Source: Marsupella aquatica (taxonomy: Eukaryota > Plantae > Marchantiophyta). Taken from it: a stretch of DNA of 64,000 nt. The notes under the pieces are model-generated. The model was not told the DNA's origin. It worked only from the letters and a program-made list of their open reading frames with translations, and did not search any database. Below are positions 49,062 to 62,449 of this stretch, piece by piece (within the stretch, counting starts at the first letter, position 1; each line of letters opens with the position of its first letter). The stretch is taken from positions 20,223,292-20,287,291 of the forward strand of contig OZ316898.1 of NCBI GenBank assembly GCA_973895155.1. Direction: 5' to 3'. The position numbers were made by a program, and so were the translations under genes.

Positions 49062-51185
49062 CGAGTTAAATTTAAGTCAAGTGCTCCCCCACTTTCCCAG
49101 GGCGCCATACACTACCTGTCCCGGTCTTCGATGTTGCTGCCCGCTCCGGCCCAAGTTTGGCAGAACATCAACCAATACTCTACCATTTTGTCATGCGTTC
49201 CGGCCCGATAAACTTTGGGTCATTGACTTTGGGTTTATGTTTTGGCACCTTTGCTCACTCCGGCCCGACGACTGAAGTTTGTGTCATTGATTACGGACCC
49301 CCATGAGAGGTCTCTTGCAAATTCCCTGCTATGAGGTTGCACCACATCATCACAACCAGCCACAAACAGGAATGATCCTACTTTTAACAATAACAAACGT
49401 GCACAGTCCTGTTTGTGGCAAAAGCAACGTAATTTTTGGGGCGCCATACCGTAAATATTGAATGTAAAAAAAACCAAAATACAAAGAGATATATGTCATT
49501 TAGTAAAATAAAATTACCATTTTGATGCTTGTCAAAGATATATCAGTGTTTTATATCAAAATGCTTGTATTTTTTAATTATTTGCAAGCTTGAAAAAACC
49601 AACCAATAGAAATGTACATAGTTAAAACCCCTTTGGCTTCACATTGTAAAATTAAATAATCAATCTCCTTAGTACTTGATAAAATATGTCAATGTTTGAT
49701 TCATTGAAAAACTCAAGATCAAGATTTAGAAACTCGTGACCTCTTTAGTATTGTCTTGATAAAATCTCTCAATATCACACTCATTGGAAAGCTAAAGTAA
49801 AATTAAAAACTCATCATCTCCTTAGTACTTGACAAAATCTATCAATGTTAGGTTCATTGGAAAGCTAGAGAAATTCAGATACTCATGATCTCTTTAATTC
49901 TTGACGAATAATCTCAATGTCACACATTAGAAAGCTAGAGAGATTGAAAACCTCATGATCTCTTTAGTATCGTGACAAAATCTGACGTAAAATTTGTCAA
50001 TGTCACACTCAATGTTGGAAAGCTAAAAGAATTCATGGACTCATGATCAATATTTCTTATACTCACAAACTCATTGGAAAGGCAAAGAAATTCAAAAACT
50101 CATTTGGAACTTGACAAAATTTGTCAATCAGAGGCTCATTGGAAACCTTTTCTCGATTAAGAGATATCACAATCTCATCACCGTCACAAACTTAGCCGTT
50201 GAAAATTGATTTCTTTGATTACATCGCCATCCCTTGTCCACAATGCTTGCTTCCCAGCTTGAATTGTTCGCATTCCTCTAGTCTTCAACTGAAGCTCACT
50301 CTGAACATAGGTTGACGCCAAATGCAGCCTCTATGTCAAAGAAACAATCGTTGGGCCCCCTTTCACACCATAGCTTTCTTAAATAAATAAAAAACTACAA
50401 ATCCTTCATGTGAAGCGATGACTCATTTGTTTTGTGTGTTCTTCTCACCGAATCGACAAGCGCTCTTTTGCCAATAGCTAAGTGTTGTCCTCTAGTCTGT
50501 CTTGTGGCGGTAATGCTCAATGTAACTCACAAACGATCAATCATGAATGATAGAAACACGATTTCTCCAATGTGTAAGCAAAAACCGTCAAAAAACTCAA
50601 TTCCTCCATATTCAACCTTCCGTTGATAAATCTCCTCTATCTTTTGAGCGTTTTCTTTTGTACGAGCACACACCAAGACCATCGGGAGACTCAAAATCGT
50701 CGATTATCGCCTTGTTGAAAATTGATTTCACTTCATCAAAAACACATTCTTTGGATGAACATGGGGGCCCACGGATTAATTTCTTCCTTGTGAAGTCTTG
50801 GTTTATGTTCTAGCAACACTTCTTTCCAACAGAGTCTAAGTGTTCAGGGCAAACCTAGTACTTTGGTTAAGAGTCATGATTTATAGAGTCTTGGTTTATG
50901 TTGTGCCAAATACTTATTCTCTATGGAATGGTGGTTTATGTTTTGGCAACACTTCTTCTTTCCAAAAAGTTGATGGCACAAAGTCAATTGGGCCGGAGCG
51001 GCCGACAAAAAGTTTTGGGTGCCAAAACATAAACCTAAAGTCGATGGTGCCAAGTTGATCGGGCCGGAGCACATGAGTTAAATCGTAGAGTATTGGTTTA
51101 TGTTCTGCCAAACTTGGGCCGGAGTGGGCGGTGTACGACGCCCCGGGAATGTGAGGGAGCATTAACTTGACGTAGATTTAACTCA
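49062..51185. mobile_element. Non-autonomous long-TIR (foldback / Mutator-like) element, about 2.1 kb, with internal tandem repeats
   Basis: About 200-bp imperfect inverted termini (gagttaaat..agtcaag..tgctccc..ccggcccaagtttggcagaacat.aaccaatactctac and its reverse complement at about 51000-51185). Internal 60-70 bp repeats (tcattggaaagcta...ctcatgatctctttag) at about 49650-50150. Exact ends and TSD are not resolved. Confidence 0.65.
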
Positions 51186-52817
51186 GAGTGCTTTTATGTC
51201 AACAAAAAGCAGTTTTGTGAGGTTGTTATCATTGCATGTACTGTATTCAAATGGCATGAGTGCCCATTATTTTGACACATTCAAGCTTATTGTAATAATT
51301 TTAGAGATTCACCCTACCCCCAATCCTTATTTTCCACTAGCAGACCAAATTTCAAGGACAGGGTCTAGAGATTTCACTTTACACTGTAGAACCTGAAAAG
51401 CGTTCCATCACAAGTACATATTATTATTAAATTTGCAAATAAAATTAGCCCTTAATTATGAACTTATGTATGTTCCTAATGAGATTATTAAGGGGGACCA
51501 TACCTTAATGAGGTTTCCTGGCATGTGCAAGGTGACCATATACTATCCCTTTATATCTCATCAGAGTATCTACAAATGTTTACTGGTCCCTGCCAGGAAA
51601 CCATTGCAGGATGTTGACTGAATCCTATAGCTAAAATGCAAGAAGTCAGGTCCAGCCCATTCATTATGACTATCTTATTTCTAGTCACTGGGTTTTTTGG
51701 TTACTGGATCTATATTTAAAATGCACCACAGAGATTTGACTTAACTAAACTAGTTGCTGGGTTTTCAAGACTGTATTCTAGAGTACTATGAAGCTCGTTT
51801 TAGTGTGAAGGAAAATAATCCTGTTAGACATGGGTCTGAGTTACATTTGACCATGACTACTAGTTACACTAAACTGAAAAAAGAGTTTGTCAATCTGGGT
51901 ATATACTCATTACACTACGCCAACCCAATAACCTTTGGAGACTCTCTAAAGTCACACCCCAAGTTTTGCTTTTGCCCTCATCTTTTCAGTTTCAGTGGTG
52001 TTTGTCCTCTTCATACCTCCTTTGCTTTTTCCTCTTGTACACGTACCTTTTTTGGCCCTGTTTTAAGTAACTGAGATTCACTACAGGGCCACTCTGTTTG
52101 GTTGAAGTATATACATTGTCACTTATTTTAGCTTAGTTACCTAAACCCAGCTTGCTCCGCCCTCCTGGTTGAGAGGGGGGGGCAGCATGTTCTGAGGATG
52201 ATTACAACCATCCCATGAAGAAAACTGACTGCATGTCGATGGTTAAATCAGCGGTGAAAACAGGTGATTACAGTTAGTAATTAATTAAGCTACAAAGTAA
52301 GTGAAAGCATATAGCTATTATTATACAAAACATGATATCAACGTAATAAATCTCGCGTTTTAGCAACTTGGTCCTGTTGCCCCCCAAGTGCCCTGACCGG
52401 ACACATTACAACATGGCAAATCGCGAACCCGAAAGCCAGGGACTGGCTGATGCGCTGCGTTGCCTCCTGACTCCTGAGGCGACGGACGGCTACACTACTG
52501 CCGTCAGCACTCAGCAGGGCATCATGACGGCGCAGTCAGTCAGCCCCGTACCTAAAAAGTCATCGAAAAGCCGCACCCGCGTGTACCGTTCCCCGCGTGT
52601 ACCGTTCCCCGTTTCCCGGTCACCGTTCGTTCCGCCCTCCCTTCCCTTCGCTTCTCGAATCTCCTCGTCATTCGTCGTTCACTCCCTTTTCTCCCTTTTC
52701 TCCCTTTCGCGGAAGACTGGAGACTGGAGATCACATTCGGTGCGGGTCTCCTCTCCTCTGCTCTCCTCTCTTCTTCCTCTCGTCTCGCGAACAAGTCCAG
52801 TCTCTCGAAAGTCCCAT

Positions 52818-53583
52818 CTATATATTTATTATGTTCATCGACGATCCCGTCGTCGTCGAGTCTAGTCGAGTCCAGTCGAGGTGAACCCAACATTCGCTTC
52901 CATGCATCAGCAGATGATTACACCTCACAACGTGGACAACGACAATCGGACGAGCGTAGCATACTATAGCATAGGATTTTGTCAACCTACTTCTACTGTT
53001 CACGGAATCGAGGCTCGGTCAGTTGGTCTTTCCTGCTCTGCTTCGCACGTCGCAGATCGTCGCAGCCACAAAACGGATAAGTGAACCTGTGTTTGTAGGT
53101 GACAGACAGACGGGCATTGGTAGTAGAGTAGTCGTCGAGCCGCCCCTGCTCATTGTGGTGATGTGGTGCTGTCGCTTCATATTGGCCTGCCTGACGAGTG
53201 TCCCGGCAGCAGACTTCGAGTGACCAAAGCGGAGCTGCCGCCCTCTCCCTCTCTCTCGCTCTCTCTTCTCTCTCGCTCTCTGCTTCCCTCCAGCAGCAGC
53301 TAAGAAGGAAGGCGAGGCCGGGAACCAGGAAGCTACAGATTGATTGACGCGTTTTAACTTGGCTCAGGCCGAGCTGTCGGAAAGTCAAGTCTATGATCAT
53401 GTCTGCCACCTTGGTGCGTAGGGGAGTTTACAACGGAGTGAAATTAGTGAAGTCGTTTATATAAGGTGAGTTTTTGAGGTCAGTTGGTTGGGTTGTTGAA
53501 GGAAAGCTGCGCAGGGGCGGAGGGTGGAGACCGGGTGAGCTCCAAAGACGCATTCGGTGACCCGTAGATAGGAATTGGTTGCA
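52818..53583 (+). promoter_or_regulatory. ATL core promoter and long 5' leader with uORFs and a candidate 5'UTR intron
   Basis: CT-rich patch and ctatatattta at about 52818; upstream ATG ORFs at 52902, 53161 and 53393; donor AAG|gtgagt at 53466 with a candidate acceptor near 53567-53571. Confidence 0.45.
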
Positions 53584-55485
53584 ATGGGGGATCATTCGAT
53601 GGGGATCAGGAGTATATCAGCGGACGTGATTGTGCATCATGTGTATCGCATTCTGGCCGATAGCAATGGGACCACCACTCCCAATTCAAACCCGATAATG
53701 AATTCGAACATCACGGCGAAATTCAACCCAAGCATGGCGATTATCATCATCGTGCTGATCAGTGCGTTTCTGTTTATGGGGTTCTTCTCCGTCTACGTGA
53801 GAAGATGCGCGCGAAACGGTGAGATCCCGAATAACGACCCTGCTCGACAAGCTCAACGGGACGCTGTAGCCGCTGCAGTTCGGCAAACGCAAGGTCTAGA
53901 CAAGTCTGTGGTGGAGTCTCTGCCTCTGGTGGGATACTCCCTCGTGAAGGGGCTCAAGGGCGGTAAGGATCTCTCTGAATGTGCTGTGTGCCTCAGTGAT
54001 TTTGAGGACGATGAAAACGTCCGGTTGTTGCCCAAATGCGGTCATGTTTTCCACCCTGATTGCATCGACATGTGGTTCCATTCCCATTCGACTTGCCCTC
54101 TCTGCCGATCGAGCTTGGTGCCTTCCGAAGGGAAGGCAATGGACGGAGAGGAGAGCCAATACTCAGACGAATCCCAGAACTGGATCACTTCAACAGGAGT
54201 TGGGCCGGACGGAGAAGCCTTCACGATTCATGAAGGGCCTCCAGTTCCGCCCAACGGCTCCATTCTGGAGCTCCTGTCGCGTGAGGGCGCTGAGAGGATA
54301 CTAGCAGAGAGCGTGAGGATTACTGGGGAGCGGGCAGAGCGGCTGGATGCAGGGCTGGCGCGCAGGGAAGGGGATGACGAAAATGTGGAACGAGCTGCCG
54401 GCATCCGGGCTCTGAATCGTGCTCTGTCAAAGAACTCTGCCTCGTTCAGAAATGTCGCAAGGGGGTTGGATGCCAGTGGCAGGATTGAAGCAGTCAACGG
54501 TAGCTCTGGTCGGTTCAATTCCGCATCAGTTTCTATTAGTATACCTGATCTAAATGAATCGGGATCGAAGTCGTTCAACTCCAGCCAGTCAATCAACATG
54601 GCACTCAGGCGATCCAGCTCTGTAGGCTCATCTGGCAGGTACATCAAGCAGCTCCTTGGATTTCAGGACTACAGTAACTACTCACCGGACGAGTTCGGGT
54701 TGGATCGGTCAAGGCTTCTGAACTCCAAGCAGGACTTGCCTGTTGTGAGTCCCACCGTGAGGCGAGAGAGGACTGCCAGCGAGCTACGAAACATTGTTAT
54801 ACCGACCTGGCAAGATATTGACTTGAACGCTCCAAGTGGTGCTAGTGGAGGAAGAGGAGAACGAGAAGCGCACGGCACAGCTCTGCCTTCTCCAACCTCG
54901 TCCACCAGCAGGCCTGGGGTCCTGCCATTTGAACGCTGGGCGAGCAGGAGCAGGAAGTTCTGGAGCGGAGAGTTGACGGGGACTAATTCTGATGCGAAAA
55001 GAGTGGAGATGAGTGGAGAGGCCAGCGGGCCGGGCTTCATGGGGAGAAAGGAAACGGAGCCGATAATCGAGGAGAGGACAAAATCTGATCGATGGAGCTC
55101 CATTGGGCAGTCGTTCCGGAGAACGTTCAGCTTGAAGAGGTCACAGTCAAGTACTTTCGACGTGGAGAGTGCATCACAACCCGGGGGTTCCTCTGCCTCG
55201 AAACCCAAGAAGTTCACTCCCTGGGCGGGAGCAATGAAGATCAGGAGACAGTCATCGAACTCCGGGGATCTACCGTCTCCTCAATCAGCATCGTCGATGA
55301 CCCTTCCTCCCTCTCATTCACCGAGTGATTTCCCTCTATCACTTCCAGTCGAGTCCCCTCGGTCTCTTCCTGCTGACCCAATGGTTTTTCCTCAATCTCC
55401 CCGAGTTGCAAACGAGCAACAACAACAAAATCAACATCAGCAACCACTAAAAGAAGATTCTAGTGAGAGCGAAACTCAGCCTTGA
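53584..55485 (+). CDS. ATL-family RING-H2 E3 ubiquitin ligase (ATL6/ATL11/ATL31-like), intronless CDS, about 633 aa
   Basis: First ATG at 53584. TM helix FNPSMAIIIIVLISAFLFMGFFSVYVRRC, GLD motif (GLDKSVVESLP), RING-H2 CAVC...CGHVFHPDCIDMW....STCPLC, long Ser-rich tail with RRSSS and KSDRW. Confidence 0.92.
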   Translation: MGDHSMGIRSISADVIVHHVYRILADSNGTTTPNSNPIMNSNITAKFNPSMAIIIIVLISAFLFMGFFSVYVRRCARNGEIPNNDPARQAQRDAVAAAVRQTQGLDKSVVESLPLVGYSLVKGLKGGKDLSECAVCLSDFEDDENVRLLPKCGHVFHPDCIDMWFHSHSTCPLCRSSLVPSEGKAMDGEESQYSDESQNWITSTGVGPDGEAFTIHEGPPVPPNGSILELLSREGAERILAESVRITGERAERLDAGLARREGDDENVERAAGIRALNRALSKNSASFRNVARGLDASGRIEAVNGSSGRFNSASVSISIPDLNESGSKSFNSSQSINMALRRSSSVGSSGRYIKQLLGFQDYSNYSPDEFGLDRSRLLNSKQDLPVVSPTVRRERTASELRNIVIPTWQDIDLNAPSGASGGRGEREAHGTALPSPTSSTSRPGVLPFERWASRSRKFWSGELTGTNSDAKRVEMSGEASGPGFMGRKETEPIIEERTKSDRWSSIGQSFRRTFSLKRSQSSTFDVESASQPGGSSASKPKKFTPWAGAMKIRRQSSNSGDLPSPQSASSMTLPPSHSPSDFPLSLPVESPRSLPADPMVFPQSPRVANEQQQQNQHQQPLKEDSSESETQP

Positions 55486-58400
55486 TTATCTCTGTTCATA
55501 CATATCCCTCTCCGTATTGTACAGCTTTGCGAGCTAGCCTGTCCTGAAAGCCGAGAGGTCTCGGCTCCTCAAAATGTAGCTTTAGATATATTTGTTGTTC
55601 TAATCCGTAAAAATATCGTTGCAGATGCTTTCTGTAATGGTCAGTATTTATCAAGGGCCCCTATGGCCCGATTAGATTAGAGCAGAGAAGAGACATTGAT
55701 CTTTCCACATTCAACTTGATAGCGAGTATTGCGAGCTCTTTTCCTGTCATTTAAGAGCGGTCACGTCATTTTTTTAACGGAAATCAGCGAGCAGCGCGCT
55801 ATGACGGAAAATCTTGATAAGCTCATATCAACAGCATGTTAGAAGCATGCAAATCCGTCTTTCACCGTCATGATCGGTTTTCAGGGTGATGGCATTAAAA
55901 ACCGTATCGAATATGTACATTTTTAGACATTGGAATCGAATGTAGTTTAGGACAAGGAGAAAGACCTACGGAGCAGTGACTAGTAAATAGGAAAATTTCC
56001 CGTTGAGTTAATATTAATGCCCACCGATCACTCGTGATTCCGCAATCGTGAATTGTGGCAATACCTCATGTCGGAACTGCTGAATTCTATTTGGTTCAAT
56101 TGAATGTGGTTGTCGCAAATATCACCTAATTCACTTTTAAATTGACATGTATGTCGAGAGTGTTGAGGGTTTATACCCACCTGTGCATCTAGTATTCAAG
56201 TCCGTGAGAATTTGATTCTGGGTTCTCTCGATTACTATGTGCAGTGATCAAAAAAGGACACTTTACATGACCGTAATGTGGTCGCTGTGAACAAAAAATG
56301 CGGTCTTTGGTTCCAGAAAATTGCGTTAATAGATTGATCCTGTTCGAGCTGTGAAGTCTCGGTAAATCTCTGAAGTCCTGTATTCTTCAGAGACGGTCAC
56401 CACTCCGTTCAACTCCCCCAGGCTGCGAATTGTACATTCTAATCTTAAACATTTGACTTGTACTTCCGAATATTTTGGTACCCATTCCCCAGGGTCACCA
56501 TTAGCACAAGTCGAAAGGTTTGATGGTGTGATTAATGGCTCAACAAATTCTTTGGGAATTGGCTAGTCATTACAGTCGGGAAAGGAGTAATTGGTTTGCC
56601 GGCAAGTAGGGATGGCTTCATCTAAGCTGGGCGGAGTAACAGTCGCTTCTCTCGCAGCTGGAGTCTACAATTCGTTGCAAGATCTGATATTCGGTATTGC
56701 CCAGATTGAGCGAAAACGGTTGGAGTGTCCTTTCTACTGGTGGATGGTGATGCCACGAGTGATTCTCATTTTTCCTGCCTTCCTGTGGCGAGGGTTCTGC
56801 TGCTGCAGCTACGTACCTCTCAGCAGGGGACAATGTGCGACACCAAATGCTAGAGCTCACTCATATTAAAGAGAAACTGGAGGCATTGCACAAGCCAAGT
56901 CGTGCAGATAGATGGTGCCAAGCGGCAAGCACCTAGTCTCCCATGTAAGCGAAAGTTTTGTGCTCCTGTTGAGGAGAAACTTGTAGAAAGCCAGGACGGG
57001 TGGCGTGGGGCAAGCACCCAGTCTCCTATGTGAGCGCAGCTTTCGTGCTGCTGTTGACGAGAAACTTGAGGTAACGTAGAAGGCAGGACGGGTGGCGTGG
57101 TGTAGTGCCACAATCGGCAGACACCTAAGATTCCCCAGCCGAGAAACACCTATTCTTCTGCTCATATTTCTCGGATTCGTTACCAAAAAGGAGGTCCAGA
57201 GCTGCGGCTACTTCGGGAATGTTCTGTGCCAGCGAGCGAGCAGAGCCTTTTACAATGCGTTCATTGTCTTATCCGGAAAGGATAATTTACTAGAAAGGAT
57301 GAAACAGAGTACTATGGAGTAAAAGCAAAAGAGCTCCCAAGCACGAAACCCAAAAGAGGACAGCCTTGAGTCGAAATTGTGCTGTCGTCCTGGACAAAGC
57401 AACAAACAATCGGCACAGAGGCGGATCCATTTGTAGGTCAGATTATATAGTTGCTTGTGGGTGGGTCAAATCTCACAGTTTGCTTGTGGGTGGGTCAAAT
57501 CACACAGCTGAACAAATTGCCAGAGCCGCACCATGCATGCAGAGGTGTAGTAAAAGCTAATTTCGAAATGAGCAGGCAATGTATGGTTTCTCAGTGAGGC
57601 AATGTTCGAAGCTGAGAGCGAGCTGAGCAACTGTGCATGATTCAATACACAAATGTGATACTCTCCTTCGATTCCTTGCAGAATAATCATCGTCTATTTA
57701 TCTCCACTTGTCCAGTGCGTGACCTCAAGACACAAATGTGATATCTCCTTCGCTTCCTCGCAGAATAGTCATCTTCTATTCATCTCGACTTGGGCTTTGT
57801 CGTCCCGGAAGACCTACTTTAAGGCTGTAGGTTCTGTGCACTCCACGTGAGCAGATAAGAATGCCTTTGAAACGCCCACTGACGTTGGAATGTACAATGA
57901 TTTCCACTTGTCATGGGCCAAAGCGAAAATCCAGTTTTTCACAAGCCCAGGTTAATAATGACCACTAACTACTGTACCGACGCCCACTACTATAACAACG
58001 CCCAACGTACATTATTTAGATAGCTCTAAAGGCTAGTGGTCTTACACTTACCTGGTTACGTGTTGTTTGAACGCAAAGAGAGGTGAGTACCAAAAGGATT
58101 TCTTTTGTTTTTTTTTATTCATTGTGGTCCTCTGTGGCATCAACTTAATAACAAATTTTAACTATCCCAAAACGCCAGGGTAGATTTCAATTCTCTAGAT
58201 TATTGAAGTTGATGGTCGTCAATGTGGGCAAGCCACACATACTGTACCCATAACAACATCAACTATTCAATGCTATTTCTAAATATTTGGTCAGTAAAAA
58301 GTCATGATGACGAACAGTATTTTTTCTGTAATGAAGCATGCTTAGTTGGATTGCCCACAGCATGCAACACGTCTTTTGAATGCCCGGGGAGTTTTGCTCA

Positions 58401-61400
58401 CAGATTGTTCACCAGGTTAAAATAGTGTCTGACATCAAATTGGAATGAATGAAGAAGAAACTTTACTTTTGGTTTGAACGAGGGACACACAGCTCGAGCG
58501 AAGATGGGCTTCGGTTGGGAAAACACTCATTTATGTCAAAGAAAAACTCACATCCAGTGACTACGAGAGCCAAAACCTTGCAAGGGCTAGATCAGGACCC
58601 AGCAAAAGAAAGGGCAGCTTACGTCTAAGCAAAATTCACTGAACACAGACTCCCCACACTGGTGCACCTAAGCATCAAAGCAGTCAGTGGATTGAAGGAG
58701 CCAGTGGATTAAAGCAGTCAGTGGAAAATCAAGGTTCTCTGAGCTCTCCCTTGCCGACAGCCTCTTGGTAGAGCTTTGGGATGCCTCATTTGAGGTTTCA
58801 ACCTCAGAACACGCCTCTAGGTCAGGACATTAATCTCCACCAGTTCAGTGGCTTAAGTGCATGTCTAAGCTCCGTCAGAAGAATCTGACACCTTTGCAAA
58901 ACGGGCACACTAAGAAAGCCGAGAGAAGAAGCTAGCTTTGACAGCCACAATGCAAAGCAATGCATGAACTGAACTCACATCTCCACAATTCTTCATCAAG
59001 TTTGATCAGCCCTAAGTGTAGAGTAGGCTGCCTTAGAGGCTTCAAAAATGCGCGTGCTGCCATACAGGCTTTAAGAACGAGAGTGCTGCCATAGAGGCTT
59101 CGAGAACGAGAGACCGTATATATATGCTGGGTGTGGCGATTTGTTCCTGATGATCTTTGTTACATTGCAGAAGCAACTGCGCAGAGCTGTCTTTGCTCAA
59201 TCATCTACATTTGCTGTTTGCGTTTCGTGTTTTGTTTTCTAGAGAATTTATTTGAAATTTCTCAGTGCAAACCGTGCAATGTTCACATCAGAAGCTTGGA
59301 GCTTGCCTGGAATGATTTCGTGCTGCTTCAATTCAGAAGCTGCTGTTGCTCGGTACTATCTATGTCTTTGCTCAACTTGAAATTTCGAGATGCAAAGCTC
59401 AACCTCAGTTTTGGTGAGTTAACAGGTCTCACAAGAGTTTTTACGGCTACTTTTTTCTGGGCCTAACTCACCTCACTTTTCGTATTTCACCCTCTACATT
59501 TACGTATAACTCTAATTTCTTCATCATCTTGAGTAGGCTTAATTTATTCCACCCCTATCCATCTGACATCAGAAGCGCACTCACAGCGCATGAACAACAA
59601 CTTCCGTGCTGCATTCGAGTGCAGCACACATCCAACGTAGTAGCTGCTAGCTGTCGTCAGCAGCAACAATCAGTCAAGCCAAGGCCACATCAAGTCTGCT
59701 ATGTCAGTGACACCACATCACGGGCGATCCAACAAAGATCAGGAAAAGGTCTCACACAATCTCCATTTGAAAGCTCAAGCTTCGTCGCCACAGTGAGTTC
59801 AAACATCAAAATTAGAAACAGAAGCAGGCAGGAAGGGGATGACCCAAACAGAAACCGAACTCAACTTGAATAATGGCAAAGAGACACCAGGATGCAGCTG
59901 ATGAAGTAGCCAAGGTCGTACGGGCAAATCTTTTGATTGAACACCACTAATTTCATTCGTGATTGCCCCCAGGAAGGCCTCTGACCTCACAGCAACTAAT
60001 TGTCGAGAATGCAATCAAAACTGAAGCGAGGGAGGGGGACGATCAAAGGCGTTTTTACCGAATCTTCTCTGCCTCCCCTGCTCCCTCCCGTTCTGGAAAT
60101 TCTCTGTATTCTCAGCAATCCTCCCAGAATTGGCTATACTCCCTCCGACAAAACCTTATTGATCCATCGTAAACAGTTGACGATAATTCTCCTTCTGCGG
60201 TTCTTCATTCCATCATTACCTACACCTCTTCCAGCAGAACTTGAGCAGACGTACCAGAATTACAAAGTCCATCTTTTGCCATCTTTGGGTTTGTCCCATT
60301 CAATTGAAGACACTAACTTCTCGATAGTCATCGAACTGAATGATTGGATCGATCCCGCGGCCTGCAGCAGCAGATTACCAGCAGAATCGAGGGTAACAGA
60401 ACCATGCATTCAGTCATCTTTCCAAAGTTTTTTAGTAACGCAAAAGGGTCAATTTACTAAGAAGGGCTAATCAGTAGGGCCCAAGAGTAAATCCTTAGGG
60501 CCCAAGAGTCTCAAAAAAGAGCTAAAGGGCTAGAATTGAAAAGCCTAGCTGGTAGAGCTGCAAAATAAACTGCAGAGGAGGGTCACAAAGAGGAATTTGT
60601 CTAGAATTTGATCACCTTGGCCCAACAAAGGAGGGAATGCAACTGACACCCCCATCAACAGAAGCTAGACAGTGAATGTACATTGAGCACTGGACCACTC
60701 ATAGACAACATGCACATGAGATCCAGCAAACAAGTAATCAACAAAAGAGATATAATGTGGTTCATTTCTCCAGAGATTACATGAACAGTAGCACACAAGA
60801 TAGTCTTGCCTATATCACTCTAGGCATGTTGGCCACACCAAGTTCATCTCAATAGCACAAGTTCCTATCTCTTAGCCTGTCTCTTAGATAACTCAGTATG
60901 TAACAATGAGCCTAGGTTCCATTCATGAGCTAACTCTTGCCTGTTCATTTACCAAGCAACATATCTAACCTTGATTAAGTACCTTACTATGGTTAGATGA
61001 GGGTTAGACTAACTATAGTTGTAAACATACTAACTCTATACCTAAAAGCCTAAAAGTGAGGACCAAAATGGGGGATAGGGCCTCCACTGTACACAAAAAA
61101 TTGCACAACCCCAAAAGAAACAACCAAGTATGAGATGAAGAGCCCTACACACCTCTAGAGCAAACTTGGGAGAGGGCAAACAGAAAACTCAAACCAAGAT
61201 GGCAAATGCAAACTCCAGAAAACTACAGTAGAAAGATTGAGAAGGTACGAGATAAGGATCCACTATTGTAGTAGAGTGACTAGCTAAGAGTTCTACACCA
61301 CGTGTAATCCAATAGTGTGATGAGCAAGCTGATTGTCTACACCCGGGTCTACGCCTAGGTCTACGCCTAGTATAGTAACTAACTCTGCAAGTGGGACATG

Positions 61401-61507
61401 GAGATCCTTTGAGACGGGCAAGGGTGAGGTGCACTAGCATAGCTAATGGTCCACATCAATTCCATTAGTCCAAATGTCCATCCAGGCAGTTGGAGCTAAT
61501 GGTCCTT

Positions 61508-61999
61508 TTCTACAGTCTACCCGGGAGGCACCCCAAGCCTGCAGTTATCCATGCTATGCACTTCATCATAAATGCATGTTGCACTTCTCCATATGTGTCT
61601 GTTGCATTTTCCAAAGAGTGCCTATGAAATCACTTATGCACTCCACAAATGTCTTCTCAGGTCATACGCATCTACTTCTCATACCCAGAATCCTCGTAGT
61701 GCACAATTCAACCGGATAAGTGCATGAAACTACAATGTGTAGCTGTCTGGTGCGCTTATCAATAACTGCTTCTAACATATGTGTTGCAGTCATTGATTAA
61801 TGCATCTGTACTCTTATAGATGGAAAACGCCCTTATGTATTTGTTGTTTAGTCAGGGGCAACCTGCACTTACAGACAGTGCATTTTTTGATGCATCTATA
61901 AAGGATTTTGCTGTATTATTGAGGGACTACACGATCACCCTGCAGTTACCCATGGAATGCAGTTAGACATGATGCACTTATCCATGGTAGACTGTAGTG
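61508..61999. mobile_element. Non-autonomous CACTA-type element
   Basis: Right end ggtagactgtagtg is the reverse complement of CACTACAGTCTACC; left end (tt)ctacagtctacc. Body is homologous, in inverted orientation, to 41666-42181. Confidence 0.6.
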
Positions 62000-62449
62000 T
62001 AGTCTCCTGCCATTGGGATCTTGTTTCCCCTATTTTGGCACTTTTTGCTATTTCGTACTGTTGTGTTATAATAAAAAGTAACTAATCTTCCTAATGAAGT
62101 GCAATCATGATAACTCTCAATAGGACAAAATTGAAAAGTGAAGGTGGACCCAACAACAGGGATGGGAGCAAAGATTAACAAACTGACATAGACTCAAAAT
62201 AAGGACAAAACTAAGAATGACTCTCAATAAAGACAAAATAGAAGTGAGGGTGAAAAAACGAGGCATGGAGCTGGGGATGGAGGCCAAGATGAATAAGAGC
62301 ATCTTTGTTTTGTAAGATTTTGATTTATTTTCACTTCATCTCTACTTACGTTGGTAATCAGGCTAGTGTACTAGTACAGCTAATGGTCCACATCGTCTAG
62401 TGCCTTTGCAATTGGGTCTTGTCTCCAAAGATGGTCCTTTTTTAAAAGT

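Noticed and set aside
49650-50150. Regularly spaced repeats resembling a CRISPR array
   Set aside because: Eukaryotic context, degenerate units without unique spacers, no cas genes; internal to a TIR element.
54228-55217. Long antisense ORFs over ATL (and similar ones over VPS15, STR and the P450)
   Set aside because: Expected shadow ORFs of real coding sequence.
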